Of a stretch of DNA of 64,000 nucleotides, positions 50,919 to 59,723 are shown piece by piece; within the stretch, counting starts at the first letter, position 1, and each line of letters begins with the position of its first letter. The stretch comes from Pseudomonadota bacterium (GTDB lineage Bacteria > Pseudomonadota > Alphaproteobacteria > Sphingomonadales > Sphingomonadaceae), in NCBI GenBank assembly GCA_023433305.1, contig JAEZCZ010000120.1:8136-72135 (forward strand), read 5' to 3'. The notes below the pieces were generated by a model, which made no database searches, had not been told where the DNA came from, and saw only the letters and a list, made by a program, of their open reading frames with translations. The translations under genes and the position numbers were made by a program.

Positions 50919-51131
50919 TTACGGGCTGGCGGGCTCGTCATCGCCATCGTCGACGATCAGGTAAATGCCGATCGCCACCGCGAGCGCGATCAGCGCCGGC
51001 AGCAGGAAGCCGCCCGCGAGTTCCTCGTCGGCCGCCACCGGCGTCGACGCGCGCACCGGAGTTGCCTGCGCGGCGATCGGAGCGGCAAGAAGCGCCGCGG
51101 CGGTCGCCGACGTAATTAGCTTTCTAATCAT
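50919..51131 (-). CDS. small exported/anchored protein, unknown function
   Basis: 70 aa. Signal peptide MIRKLITSATAAALLAAPIAAQA, a C-terminal transmembrane helix and an acidic tail. GGGAG lies 8 nt upstream and a strong terminator lies downstream. Confidence 0.6.
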   Translation of the reverse strand: MIRKLITSATAAALLAAPIAAQATPVRASTPVAADEELAGGFLLPALIALAVAIGIYLIVDDGDDEPASP

Positions 51132-51358
51132 TCGTCATACTCCCTCAACACCCGAAGGCGCCTCCAAGCGGGACGAAAACAAACGCCCCCACATCGGGCT
51201 TACCGGGGGATATCCCCGCTTGCAATACTGCAATTCACTTAATCTCGGTATTCACGGCATGCGCCGATACTTGTCTATACAATATTGCATAGGCGACATC
51301 CACGCCGCCGTGACGCGCCTCCTTGCGTTCGTCACTTGGCCTCCGTTATCCGGATCCG

Positions 51359-52633
51359 ATGAGCGACGCGCCCGCACGCCCTCGTGATCCCATTGGCTGG
51401 ACGGTCGCGTTCACCGCAGCGTTCCTCGCGCTGTGCCTGGTGCGGCTCACGATCCCTTCGACGCCCTACTTCGACGAGGTGCACTACGTCCCCGCCGCGA
51501 GGGCGCTGCTCGAGCTATCTCGCCTCGCCAATCCCGAACACCCGCCGCTCGGCAAGGAGCTGATCGCGCTCGGGATCGCGCTGTTCGGCGACCGTCCGCT
51601 CGGTTGGCGGATCGCCTCCGTGCTGGTCGTCACGCTCGGCTTCTTCGCGGCCATGCGCGCGATGTGGTTCGCGTCGCTGTCGCGCTTCGCGACCGTGGCA
51701 TTCGGCATCCTTCTCGCGACCTCGTTCGTGCTTTTCGTGCACGCCCGGATCTCCATGCTCGACGGCATCATGGCGGGCTTCGCGCTGGTCGCCATCTGGA
51801 TGTGTGCCGGAGCGTTCCGCGAGCATGAGACCGCGCGCCGCCGCTTCGCTCTCGCCGGACTGACGATCGGGTGCGCGATCGCCACGAAATGGAACGTGGC
51901 GCTTCTCGCAGCCTTACCCGGCGCCGCCTTCCTGGCGATCCGCGCCCGCGCCGCGCGCTGGCGGTTCCTAACCGCCACCCGCGGGCTTCCCGTCGGCGGC
52001 ATGTCGCTGGTCGAGGCGGGCGTGTGGCTCGGCGTGCTTCCGTTGGCGGTCTATGCCCTGTCGTTCGCGCCATACGCCTTTCTCGAGCGCAATCCGGTAA
52101 CCCCCGCCGGCCTGCTCGCGCTCAACGAGCGCATGCTCGCGCTGCAGCAGCAGGTCGTCACCCCGCACACCTACCAGAGCGTGTGGTACGAATGGCTGCT
52201 CAACTGGCGTGCGATCTGGTACCTCTACGAGCCGATCGATGGGGCCCAGCGCGGGATCATGGTGATCGGCAACCCGCTCACCATGCTGCTCGGCTTGCCG
52301 GCAATGGCATGGTGCGCCTGGGCCGGGCTGGCTAGGAAACGCGTCGACGCCGCCGCCGTCAGCCTGCTGTTCGCGCTCAGCCTGTTCCTGTGGATCGTCG
52401 CCCCGAAGCCGGTGCAGTTCTATTACCACTACCTGCTGCCGAGCTGCTTCCTGATGGCCGCCTTGGCGCTGGCGCTCGACGAGTTGTGGCGGCGCGGATG
52501 GCGGTGGGGGCCGCTCATCGCGCTGGTCGGAGCGTGCGGGCTCTTCGCCTACTTCTGGCCGATCCTTTCCGCAGCCCCGCTCGATGGCCCGGACCCGTTC
52601 CTGCGCTGGACGTGGATCGACAGCTGGCGCTGA
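51359..52633 (+). CDS. GT39/GT-C family glycosyltransferase (PMT/ArnT-like, lipid-carrier dependent)
   Basis: Polytopic. The N-terminal loop YFDEVHYVPAARALL...NPEHPPLGKELIALG carries the DE motif typical of PMT_2. Confidence 0.8.
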   Translation: MSDAPARPRDPIGWTVAFTAAFLALCLVRLTIPSTPYFDEVHYVPAARALLELSRLANPEHPPLGKELIALGIALFGDRPLGWRIASVLVVTLGFFAAMRAMWFASLSRFATVAFGILLATSFVLFVHARISMLDGIMAGFALVAIWMCAGAFREHETARRRFALAGLTIGCAIATKWNVALLAALPGAAFLAIRARAARWRFLTATRGLPVGGMSLVEAGVWLGVLPLAVYALSFAPYAFLERNPVTPAGLLALNERMLALQQQVVTPHTYQSVWYEWLLNWRAIWYLYEPIDGAQRGIMVIGNPLTMLLGLPAMAWCAWAGLARKRVDAAAVSLLFALSLFLWIVAPKPVQFYYHYLLPSCFLMAALALALDELWRRGWRWGPLIALVGACGLFAYFWPILSAAPLDGPDPFLRWTWIDSWR

Positions 52634-52634
52634 G

Positions 52635-53777
52635 CTAGCCGAAGCGCCCCCAGACGAAGCGGCTCGACAGCGCGTAGTTCCACACCGATCCGACCAGCAC
52701 CCCGGCGAGGGCCGCGGCATAGGCGGGCACGCCCGCGCGCACGAGCACCGCGGCCACGCCGACGTTGGTCAAGAGGCCGACCGAGCAGGTCAGCGCGAAC
52801 TTGAGCCAGCCGCGCAATAGCGCCGGGGCGCCGCGCAGGCGCTGGTCGGCATAAGTCAGCGCATTGTTGAGCGTGAAGTTGAAGGTCATCGCCACCAGCG
52901 CGGCGAGCGTCTGCCCGACCTCGAAGCCGGTGACGTGATCCGCAAAGCTGCCACCGAACAGCGCCAGGAACGCGCCGAGCACCGCCATGTGCACGATCAC
53001 GCCAAGCGCTCCGATCGTCCCGAACAGTGCGAAACGCGTCGGAACGATGCGCCCCAACCACTTGTCGTAGAGTCCGACCAGGAACTCGAACGCCACGATC
53101 CGGTCCAGCTTGCTTTCGCCTTGCGCGCGCGCCGCAAAGCGCAGCGGAAATTCGCGGACTCTCAAGGGGGCATCGACTGTCGCGAGAATGTCGAGCAAGA
53201 TCTTGAAGCCGATCCCCGAAAGCTGGTGCGCGTCGCGCCGCACGATCTCGGCGCGCAGCATGAAGAAGCCGCTCATCGGATCGCTCAATTCTACCCCGAT
53301 GACCTTGCGCGCGAGCGTGTTGGCGAGCGCCGAGGCCTTCTCGCGATCGGGCCGGTTCCAGTCGGCAGTGCTGGCACCCGGCATGAAGCGTGATGCGACC
53401 GCGAGGTCGCACTCGTCCGCGCGGATCGCCCCAAGCATGGGCGGCAGCAGCGCCGGATCGTGCTGCAGATCCGCATCCATCACCGCCACGACGGGTGCCG
53501 CCGTCGCGCACATCCCCTCGATCGCCGCGCTTGCCAGCCCGCGCCGGCCGAACCGCTGGATCACGCGAATGCGCGGGTCCGCCGCCGCGATGCGCCGCGC
53601 TGCGTCGGCGGTGTGATCGGTGCTGTCGTCGTCGACGAAGATCGCCTCCCAGACGATGCCGGAGAGCGCCGTCTCGATGGCCGCGATCATCGGTGCGACG
53701 TTGGCGGCTTCGTTATAGGTCGGGAGGACCACCGCCAGCTCGAGCGGCAGCCTCGCGGCAGACTCAGAGCCGGGCAA
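52635..53777 (-). CDS. GT2 polyprenyl-phosphate glycosyltransferase (DPM synthase-like) fused to a GtrA-like membrane domain
   Basis: Contains [20 protein letters not shown] and DADLQHDP. The C-terminal 4-TM GtrA-like segment is [10 protein letters not shown].... Confidence 0.85.
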   Translation of the reverse strand: MPGSESAARLPLELAVVLPTYNEAANVAPMIAAIETALSGIVWEAIFVDDDSTDHTADAARRIAAADPRIRVIQRFGRRGLASAAIEGMCATAAPVVAVMDADLQHDPALLPPMLGAIRADECDLAVASRFMPGASTADWNRPDREKASALANTLARKVIGVELSDPMSGFFMLRAEIVRRDAHQLSGIGFKILLDILATVDAPLRVREFPLRFAARAQGESKLDRIVAFEFLVGLYDKWLGRIVPTRFALFGTIGALGVIVHMAVLGAFLALFGGSFADHVTGFEVGQTLAALVAMTFNFTLNNALTYADQRLRGAPALLRGWLKFALTCSVGLLTNVGVAAVLVRAGVPAYAAALAGVLVGSVWNYALSSRFVWGRFG

Positions 53778-54822
53778 CGACCGCCTGTCCGATTTCAGCC
53801 GTCCCGCTGGAACCGCCGAGGTCCGCGCCCTTGATGCCGTCCGCGAGCGTGTTCGCCACCGCCGCCTCGACCCGGGCGGCGTCGGCGTCGCGACCGAAAC
53901 TGTGGCGCAGCATCATCGCCAGGCTGAGGATCATGGCCATCGGGTTGGCCTTGCCTTGCCCGGCGATGTCGGGCGCGCTGCCATGGATCGGCTCGTAGAG
54001 GCCCTTCGTGCCGAACTCGGTGCGCTCCTCGCCGAGCGAAGCGCTGGCGAGCAGCCCGATCGAGCCCACGCACATGCTCGCCTGGTCGGAGAGGATGTCG
54101 CCGAACAGGTTGCCCGTCACCACGACGTCGAACTGCCCGGGGTTGCGCACCAGCTGCATGGCCGCGTTGTCGACGTACATGTGGCTTAGCTCGACGTCCG
54201 GGTATTCGGCCGAGACCTCGATCACCACGTCGCGCCACAATTGGCTGGTCTCGAGCACGTTGGCCTTGTCCACGCTGCACAGTCGCCTCTGGCGGCCTTG
54301 CGCCGCGCGGAAGCCGACATGCGCGATGCGGCGCACCTCGTCCTCGGCGTAGGACATCAGATCGAAACCCTGGCGCCGCCCGTCATTGAGCGTGCGGATC
54401 GCCTTCTCGCCGAAATAGACGTCTCCGTTGAGCTCGCGCACGATCAAGAGGTCGATGCTGCGCGCCACTTCGGGACGCAGCGCGGACAAGTCTTCCAGGC
54501 CAGGAAACATCGTGGCGGGGCGGAGGTTGGCGAACAGGCCGAGCGCCTGGCGCAGCCCGAGGATCGCCTGCTCCGGGCGCAAATCGCGCTCGAGATTGTC
54601 GCACGCGGGATCGCCGACCGCCCCGAACAGCACCGCGTCCGCCGCCTTGGCCATCTCGAGCGTCTCGGGCGGCAGCGGGTGGCCGTGGCGGCGATAGCCG
54701 ATGCCGCCCACGTCGCCTTCCCACACCGTCAGCCCCGGCAAGTCGAGCGCGGCGAGCACGCGGCGCGCTTCGGCCATGATCTCGGGTCCGATACCGTCTC
54801 CGGCAAGGCAAGCGATCTTCAT
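53764..54822 (-). CDS. leuB: 3-isopropylmalate dehydrogenase
   Basis: Starts [15 protein letters not shown]. Contains NLFGDILSD and [14 protein letters not shown]. Confidence 0.95.
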   Translation of the reverse strand: MKIACLAGDGIGPEIMAEARRVLAALDLPGLTVWEGDVGGIGYRRHGHPLPPETLEMAKAADAVLFGAVGDPACDNLERDLRPEQAILGLRQALGLFANLRPATMFPGLEDLSALRPEVARSIDLLIVRELNGDVYFGEKAIRTLNDGRRQGFDLMSYAEDEVRRIAHVGFRAAQGRQRRLCSVDKANVLETSQLWRDVVIEVSAEYPDVELSHMYVDNAAMQLVRNPGQFDVVVTGNLFGDILSDQASMCVGSIGLLASASLGEERTEFGTKGLYEPIHGSAPDIAGQGKANPMAMILSLAMMLRHSFGRDADAARVEAAVANTLADGIKGADLGGSSGTAEIGQAVVARL

Positions 54823-54830
54823 CTCAGCGT

Positions 54831-55430
54831 CTATCCAGAAATTTTGGCCAGCAACTCTCTTAGGCGAGCGCGGGCGGCCATAACATCGCCGCGCCGGTCG
54901 GCAAGCAGGTAGTGGTCGAGCGGCCGGGCCAGGCGGTCCATCGCGGCCAGGCTTTCCTCGAAATCGCCCAATGTCGGCGCATTGCCGCCATAGCCTAGCT
55001 CGCGCAGCAGCAGGGTCTCATAGCCGACGAGCGCGCCGATCCACCCCCGTGCGGAAGGGGCATGGCAGACCGCGGTGAGCAAACCGTCCAACGCCTCGTA
55101 GAGCGAAGGATAGGGCTGCCGCTCGGGCAATGCGGTCGCGGTGAGCGCGCAGGCCCAGCCGATGGCCGCGGCGGCCAGCGGCTCGCCGAGCCATGGGCCG
55201 CGGCTTTCGAGCAATTCGAGCTTGGCGAAGGGCAACTGGCTGTCGGAACGCGCGGAGAGCTGCAGCTCGACGCGGTTTCCCGGGATCACCACCGGCCGGA
55301 GAAGCCGTCCTCGACCCCCGGCGACATAGCCGGCCACGACCCCGAACTCACCGGTCAGCATCCGTGCCACCACAGCCGTCTCGCCATGCGGGCGAGCGGC
55401 GATCAGAACGGCAGGGGCGCGAACTTGCAT
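54831..55430 (-). CDS. recO: DNA repair protein RecO (short alphaproteobacterial form)
   Basis: Trimmed to [28 protein letters not shown]-fold N-terminus plus a helical C-terminus. Confidence 0.8.
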   Translation of the reverse strand: MQVRAPAVLIAARPHGETAVVARMLTGEFGVVAGYVAGGRGRLLRPVVIPGNRVELQLSARSDSQLPFAKLELLESRGPWLGEPLAAAAIGWACALTATALPERQPYPSLYEALDGLLTAVCHAPSARGWIGALVGYETLLLRELGYGGNAPTLGDFEESLAAMDRLARPLDHYLLADRRGDVMAARARLRELLAKISG

Positions 55431-55470
55431 GGGTACCGGCTCTACAAATCCGCACCCAGGCCGGGGAGGA

Positions 55471-55719
55471 TTATTTGCCGGGCTTGGCCTCGAGCGCGGC
55501 GATGCGGGCTTCGAGCCTGGCGCACTCCTCGCGTGCGCGACTGGCCATGTCCTTGACCGCGTCGAACTCCTCGCGCGACACGAAGTCGAGCCCGCCGAAG
55601 GCTTCCTTGAGCCGTTCACGCGCGCCTTCGCGTGCTTCGCGAGTCATGCCCGCGAAGGTGCCCGCGGCCGCGTTGGCCAGTTTGACGAAGTCGGCGATCA
55701 AGGGATTTTCGCTTTGCAT
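55471..55719 (-). CDS. ubiK: UbiK/YqiC (BMFP) family accessory factor
   Basis: 82 aa. Starts MQSENPLIADFVKLANAAAG, followed by a coiled coil FVSREEFDAVKDMASRAREE...LEARIAALE. Confidence 0.8.
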   Translation of the reverse strand: MQSENPLIADFVKLANAAAGTFAGMTREAREGARERLKEAFGGLDFVSREEFDAVKDMASRAREECARLEARIAALEAKPGK

Positions 55720-55756
55720 GAAGGTTATCTGGTCCTGTGGGGCAAAGGGCGCAAGC

Positions 55757-56311
55757 TCAGAGCTCGATCCGTTGCACGGCGTAGGAGCTTTCCACGCCGT
55801 CTGCTTCGGGATTGAGGCGCACGAACTCGTAGTTGAGCACGGTCGCGAACAAGATCCACGCCAGATAGGGCAGCAACAGCCATGCCGCCACGCGGCGCAC
55901 TTGCCAGAACAGCGCGATGGTGACGATCACCGCCACGTCGAGCACGAGGATCACGTAGAGCGCGAAGGTCATTTCGTGCTCGCCGAAGAACATCGGGCTC
56001 CAGGCGAGATTCACGAGCAGCTGCACCACGAAAGCGAGGATCGCCGGCATGCGGTAGCGCGAACCCCACGCCGCGCAGACCATCGCCGCCGCAAGGCCCA
56101 TCATCGCATAAAGAATGGTCCAGACGATCCCGAAGGCCGCGGGGGGCGGGAAGATCGCGGGCTTGTCGAGTGCGATGAACCAGGGATCGGTGCCGGCTTC
56201 GCCGCCGGCCTGCCCGGACAGGTAGCCGAGCAGCAGCACCGCGGGCACCAGGAACAACGCCCAGCGGAAGAAGCTGGCGCGGAGTTGAGCGGGTGAAGCG
56301 AGGCGGTTCAT
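55757..56311 (-). CDS. tspO: TspO/MBR family tryptophan-rich sensory protein
   Basis: Five transmembrane helices. Contains PPPAAFGIVWTILYAMMG, NLAWSPMFF and LLLPYLAWILFATVLN. Confidence 0.88.
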   Translation of the reverse strand: MNRLASPAQLRASFFRWALFLVPAVLLLGYLSGQAGGEAGTDPWFIALDKPAIFPPPAAFGIVWTILYAMMGLAAAMVCAAWGSRYRMPAILAFVVQLLVNLAWSPMFFGEHEMTFALYVILVLDVAVIVTIALFWQVRRVAAWLLLPYLAWILFATVLNYEFVRLNPEADGVESSYAVQRIEL

Positions 56312-56366
56312 CTGAGCTCCGGGCCGAATCGGAGCGGCTATAGGCGAGCACCCTCGCCCCGCGCAA

Positions 56367-57104
56367 TCAGCCCCGCTCGGCCGCGATCAGGAATTCGACG
56401 TTGCCCTCGCTGCCCGTGATCGGGCTTTCGGTCACGCCCAGGATGCGCCAGCCGTCGCCTTCGAGCCATTCCCGCACCTCGCCGCAGACGCGCTCATGAA
56501 GCGCCGGATCGCGTATGATTCCGCCTTTGCCGACTTCCTCGCGGCGGACTTCGAACTGCGGCTTGATCAGCGCCACCAATGTGCAGCGTGGCGCGGCGAG
56601 CCGCAGCGGCACCTCGAGCACTTTGGCAAGTCCTATGAACGAGGCATCGCAGACCACCCAGTCGCACGGGCGATCGATCAGCTCCGCCGTCAACGCACGC
56701 GCATTGGTTTGCTCGAGCACCGTGACGCGCGGGTCCTGTCGCAGCTTCCACGCAAGCTGATTGGTGCCGACGTCCACCGCGAAGACATGCTCCGCGCCGT
56801 GTTCGAGCAGGACTTCGGTAAACCCGCCGGTAGAGCTGCCGATGTCCATCGCCACGGCGCCGCTCGGATCGAGCGCGAAATGCGCGATCGCGTGCGCGAG
56901 CTTGACCCCGCCGCGTCCGACCCACGGGTGATCGCGCCCGCGCACCTCGATTCCCGCATCGCTGCGCACCTGCTGGCCCGGCTTGTCCACGCGCGTATCG
57001 CCGGCGAACACCAGTCCGGCCATTACCAGTGCTTGCGCACGCGCGCGGCTTTCCGCTAGCCCTCGTTCCACCAGAAGCTGGTCGATCCGTCGTTTTGCGC
57101 TCAT
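56367..57104 (-). CDS. tlyA: TlyA family rRNA (cytidine-2'-O)-methyltransferase
   Basis: S4 domain RIDQLLVERGLAESRARAQALV and SAM motif DIGSSTGGFTEVLL. Confidence 0.9.
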   Translation of the reverse strand: MSAKRRIDQLLVERGLAESRARAQALVMAGLVFAGDTRVDKPGQQVRSDAGIEVRGRDHPWVGRGGVKLAHAIAHFALDPSGAVAMDIGSSTGGFTEVLLEHGAEHVFAVDVGTNQLAWKLRQDPRVTVLEQTNARALTAELIDRPCDWVVCDASFIGLAKVLEVPLRLAAPRCTLVALIKPQFEVRREEVGKGGIIRDPALHERVCGEVREWLEGDGWRILGVTESPITGSEGNVEFLIAAERG

Positions 57105-57187
57105 CTTCGGAGCGATACGGCGACGGAACCGGGCAGGCCAGCGCTTGTTGCTTGCTGGACGGTCCGGTCCCCCTGCAGGAGCTTTTC

Positions 57188-57766
57188 ATGCGACACCGCC
57201 GCGCTTTCCTGCGCTTTCCCAAGATCGCCCCTCGTTTTTCCGGCAGCACAGCGATGGCCGCGTTGGGCTGTGCCGCGCTGGCGGCCTGTGTGCCTCCTCC
57301 ACCCGCGCCGACGCCTACTCCCACGCCTGCCCCGGCCCCCGCGCCAGCCCCGGCGCCGGTCCCCACGCCGACGCCGCTTCCGGGCACGACGACCTGGATG
57401 GACGCCCCACAGACACCCGGAGATTGGTATTACCAAGCCGGCGCGGCGCGGTTCGGACCGCCGCAGAGCGAGGGGCTACTCGTGATGCGCTGCGATCGCG
57501 CCGCGGGCGTCGTCGAGGTCGCCCGGTCGGGCAATGTGGCGGCTACGCAAATGGCGATCCGCACCGAAACCATGGACCGGGGCGTCGCCGCCGCGCCGGT
57601 CGGCGGTCCTTTCCCCTCGGTGGTGGCGCGGATTCCCGCGCGCGATCCCTTGCTCGATGCGATGGCCTTCTCGAAAGGACGGTTCGCGGTCGAGGTGGCG
57701 GGGCTGACGACTCTCTACGTGCCGTCCTATCCCGAAGTGACCCGCGTGATCGAGGATTGCCGCTGA
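57188..57766 (+). CDS. hypothetical lipoprotein with a (PT/PA)n linker
   Basis: Trimmed to MRHRRAFLRF.... Lipobox LAAC, then PPPPAPTPTPTPAPAPAPAPAPVPTPTP, then a globular domain of about 120 aa. Confidence 0.65.
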   Translation: MRHRRAFLRFPKIAPRFSGSTAMAALGCAALAACVPPPPAPTPTPTPAPAPAPAPAPVPTPTPLPGTTTWMDAPQTPGDWYYQAGAARFGPPQSEGLLVMRCDRAAGVVEVARSGNVAATQMAIRTETMDRGVAAAPVGGPFPSVVARIPARDPLLDAMAFSKGRFAVEVAGLTTLYVPSYPEVTRVIEDCR

Positions 57767-57880
57767 GGCCGCAGCGCTGGCGGGAAGACACCCTCGCGGC
57801 GCGGAGCGAAGCAGCTATTCTGACGGGGAAAAACTTAAATACAAGCCTTGCGTTAACCCTTGCGGTGACTCACATTCCCC

Positions 57881-58114
57881 CCAGGCCAGCGGTCCACGAT
57901 GGCCTGGCCCGGCGGTGAAGCGGCGGGCATGGCTTCCAAGCGCGAAAGGAGGTGATCCGATGTCTCATGGTTCAGCAGGGAGGTCGGTGACGACCCGCGC
58001 GGAGCATTATCGGTAAGCTTACTTTCGCCGATAAAGGCTTCGTGAGCGGCTCACCGGCCGCTGACCATGTGAAGGGTCGCTTGGGCTGAGGCCGAAGCGG
58101 CCCTTCTCATTTCT
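57881..58114 (+). ncRNA. candidate small transcript (sRNA or micro-ORF mRNA), unclassified
   Basis: Upstream promoter-like TTGCGT-N17-CACATT at 57848-57876. 5' hairpin CCAGGCCA/TGGCCTGG. GAAAGGAGGTGATCC at 57944-57958. An 18-codon ORF at 57960-58016. Further hairpins, then a strong terminator hairpin. No ORF of 60 aa or more lies within 57919-58140; the only tracks touching the unit are tails I reject (56983..57918 at its 5' end). Confidence 0.3.
58071..58114 (+). terminator. intrinsic terminator-like hairpin
   Basis: GAAGGGTCGCTTGG-GCTGAGG-CCGAAGCGGCCCTTC forms about 14 bp, followed by TCATTTCT. Confidence 0.6.
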
Positions 58115-58176
58115 GGGCTTGGCCCGCGGCGCGGCGATGCCTAGGGCTTCGGAACGACTTGGTTTCGCTTCTTACC

Positions 58177-58212
58177 AATTATTTCAAAATCTCTTGCCAT
58201 TTTGAAATAATT
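58177..58212. promoter_or_regulatory. perfect 14-bp inverted repeat (AATTATTTCAAAAT-N8-ATTTTGAAATAATT) upstream of ilvE
   Basis: Read directly from the sequence. It is AT-rich in a GC-rich genome and ends 41 nt before the ilvE ATG. Confidence 0.5.
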
Positions 58213-58252
58213 GAACCTAGACATTGCGAACCAAGCCAAGGACAAGGACAAG

Positions 58253-59350
58253 ATGGCCGACGCCCCCGCTCTCGATTTCAGCCGCATTCCCCATCCCGCC
58301 CCCGTTCCCGGCGCCAGCCGCGACCAGGCGATCGCTGACCCGGGTTTCGGCAAGGTCTTCACCGATCACATGGTCTCGATCGAATGGACCGAGGGGAAAG
58401 GCTGGCACGATGCGACGCTCGGGCCGCGCCGGCCGCTGAGCCTCGATCCTGCCGCCGCGGTGTTGCACTACGCTCAGGAAATCTTCGAAGGGCTCAAGGC
58501 CTACCGGCTCGATGACGGCTCGATGGCATTGTTCCGCCCTGAAGAGAACGCGCGCCGCTTCAATGCTTCCGCGCGGCGCCTCGCGATGCCCGAGCTTCCC
58601 GAAGAAGCTTTCGTGGAGGCGGTTCGCCAGCTCGCACTCGCCGACCGGGACTGGTTTCCCGCGGTCGAAGGCGGCTCGCTCTACATGCGACCCTTCATGT
58701 TCGCGGACGAGCCCTTCCTCGGCGTGCGCCCGGCCAAGCACTACAAGTTCCTGGTCATCTGCAGCCCGGCCGGCAACTACTTCAAGTCGGGCGTCCCGGC
58801 GGTCTCGATCTGGGTTTCGGGCGACTACACCCGCGCGGCGCCGGGCGGCACCGGGGCGGCCAAGTGCGGCGGCAACTACGCGGCCAGCCTCGTCCCGCAG
58901 GCCGAGGCAATCGCCCGCGGCCACGATCAGGTCGTGTTCCTCGACGCGGCCGAGCACAAATGGGTCGAAGAGCTCGGCGGCATGAACGTGTTCTTCGTGT
59001 TCGACGACGGGCGCATAATCACCCCGCCGCTCACCGGCACGATCCTCGCCGGCATCACCCGCGACAGCCTGCTGACCCTGGCCCGCGAGGAAGGCCTCGA
59101 AGTTAGCGAGGAACGTTACAGCCTCGAGCAGTGGCGCTCGGATGCGACAAGCGGCGAGCTGGTCGAATGCTTCGCCTGCGGCACTGCCGCCGTGGTGACG
59201 CCGATCGGACGCGTGGCGGGCGAGGACTTCGAGTTCTCGATCGGCAGCGGCGGCCCGGGTCAGCTCACCGGCTCGCTGCGTTCGAAGCTCGTCGCGATCC
59301 AGCGCGGCAATGCCGATGATCGGCATGGCTGGGTGAAACGCCTCGACTAG
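58253..59350 (+). CDS. ilvE: branched-chain amino acid aminotransferase (long, class IV)
   Basis: ATG 58253 (MADAPALDF) is preceded by AAGGA. Contains FEGLKAYR and the PLP-Lys context GGTGAAKCGGNYAASL. The TTG at 58211 in the ORF track is less likely. Confidence 0.9.
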   Translation: MADAPALDFSRIPHPAPVPGASRDQAIADPGFGKVFTDHMVSIEWTEGKGWHDATLGPRRPLSLDPAAAVLHYAQEIFEGLKAYRLDDGSMALFRPEENARRFNASARRLAMPELPEEAFVEAVRQLALADRDWFPAVEGGSLYMRPFMFADEPFLGVRPAKHYKFLVICSPAGNYFKSGVPAVSIWVSGDYTRAAPGGTGAAKCGGNYAASLVPQAEAIARGHDQVVFLDAAEHKWVEELGGMNVFFVFDDGRIITPPLTGTILAGITRDSLLTLAREEGLEVSEERYSLEQWRSDATSGELVECFACGTAAVVTPIGRVAGEDFEFSIGSGGPGQLTGSLRSKLVAIQRGNADDRHGWVKRLD

Positions 59351-59417
59351 CCATCACGGGCGTCGCCTATCAGATCGCGAGGCGCCGTTTCCATTCCGCC
59401 AAACCTCCAGGATTCCC

Positions 59418-59723
59418 ATGCTGCAGTTCTTTCGGGTGATCGCCCTCATCGAAGGCGTGACGACGATCGCGCTCTTTCTTGTCGCGATGCCGCTCAAATA
59501 CGCGTTCGATAATCCGGCGCTCGTCCCGCCGGTGGGGATGACCCACGGCGTGGCCTGGCTGGCCTATGTTGTGGCGATGGCGATCTGCCTTCCAGGCGCC
59601 GGTTTCAGCGCCTGGGAATGGTTGCGCACGTTCGTCGCCGCGCTGTTCCCGTTCGGGACCTTCGTCAACGACAACCTCGTGAAACGGAAGGCAGCGGCGC
59701 TCGGTCGCGAGGCGCTTTCCTAG
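59418..59723 (+). CDS. DUF3817 domain-containing membrane protein
   Basis: 101 aa with 3 transmembrane helices. Contains RVIALIEGVTTIALFLVAMPLKY...THGVAWLAY. Confidence 0.75.
   Translation: MLQFFRVIALIEGVTTIALFLVAMPLKYAFDNPALVPPVGMTHGVAWLAYVVAMAICLPGAGFSAWEWLRTFVAALFPFGTFVNDNLVKRKAAALGREALS

Noticed and set aside
57290-57385. A GC-rich low-complexity tract (CCN/ACN/GCN repeats), considered as a non-coding repeat.
   Set aside because: It is in frame within the lipoprotein ORF and encodes a PT/PA linker directly after the lipobox. It is not an independent repeat element.
57944-57958. A 15-nt identity (minus strand) to the 3' end of 16S rRNA, which might indicate an rRNA gene or a fragment of one.
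   Set aside because: Nothing beyond the 15-mer resembles 16S (the expected upstream ...GAACCTGCGGCTG is absent). No rRNA operon features are nearby. It is treated instead as an SD / anti-SD-mimic element in the findings.
59720-59723. The convergent DUF3817 and PilZ genes share the palindromic tetranucleotide CTAG as overlapping stop codons.
   Set aside because: This is a real feature but a trivial consequence of TAG being self-complementary within CTAG. No functional implication can be argued.
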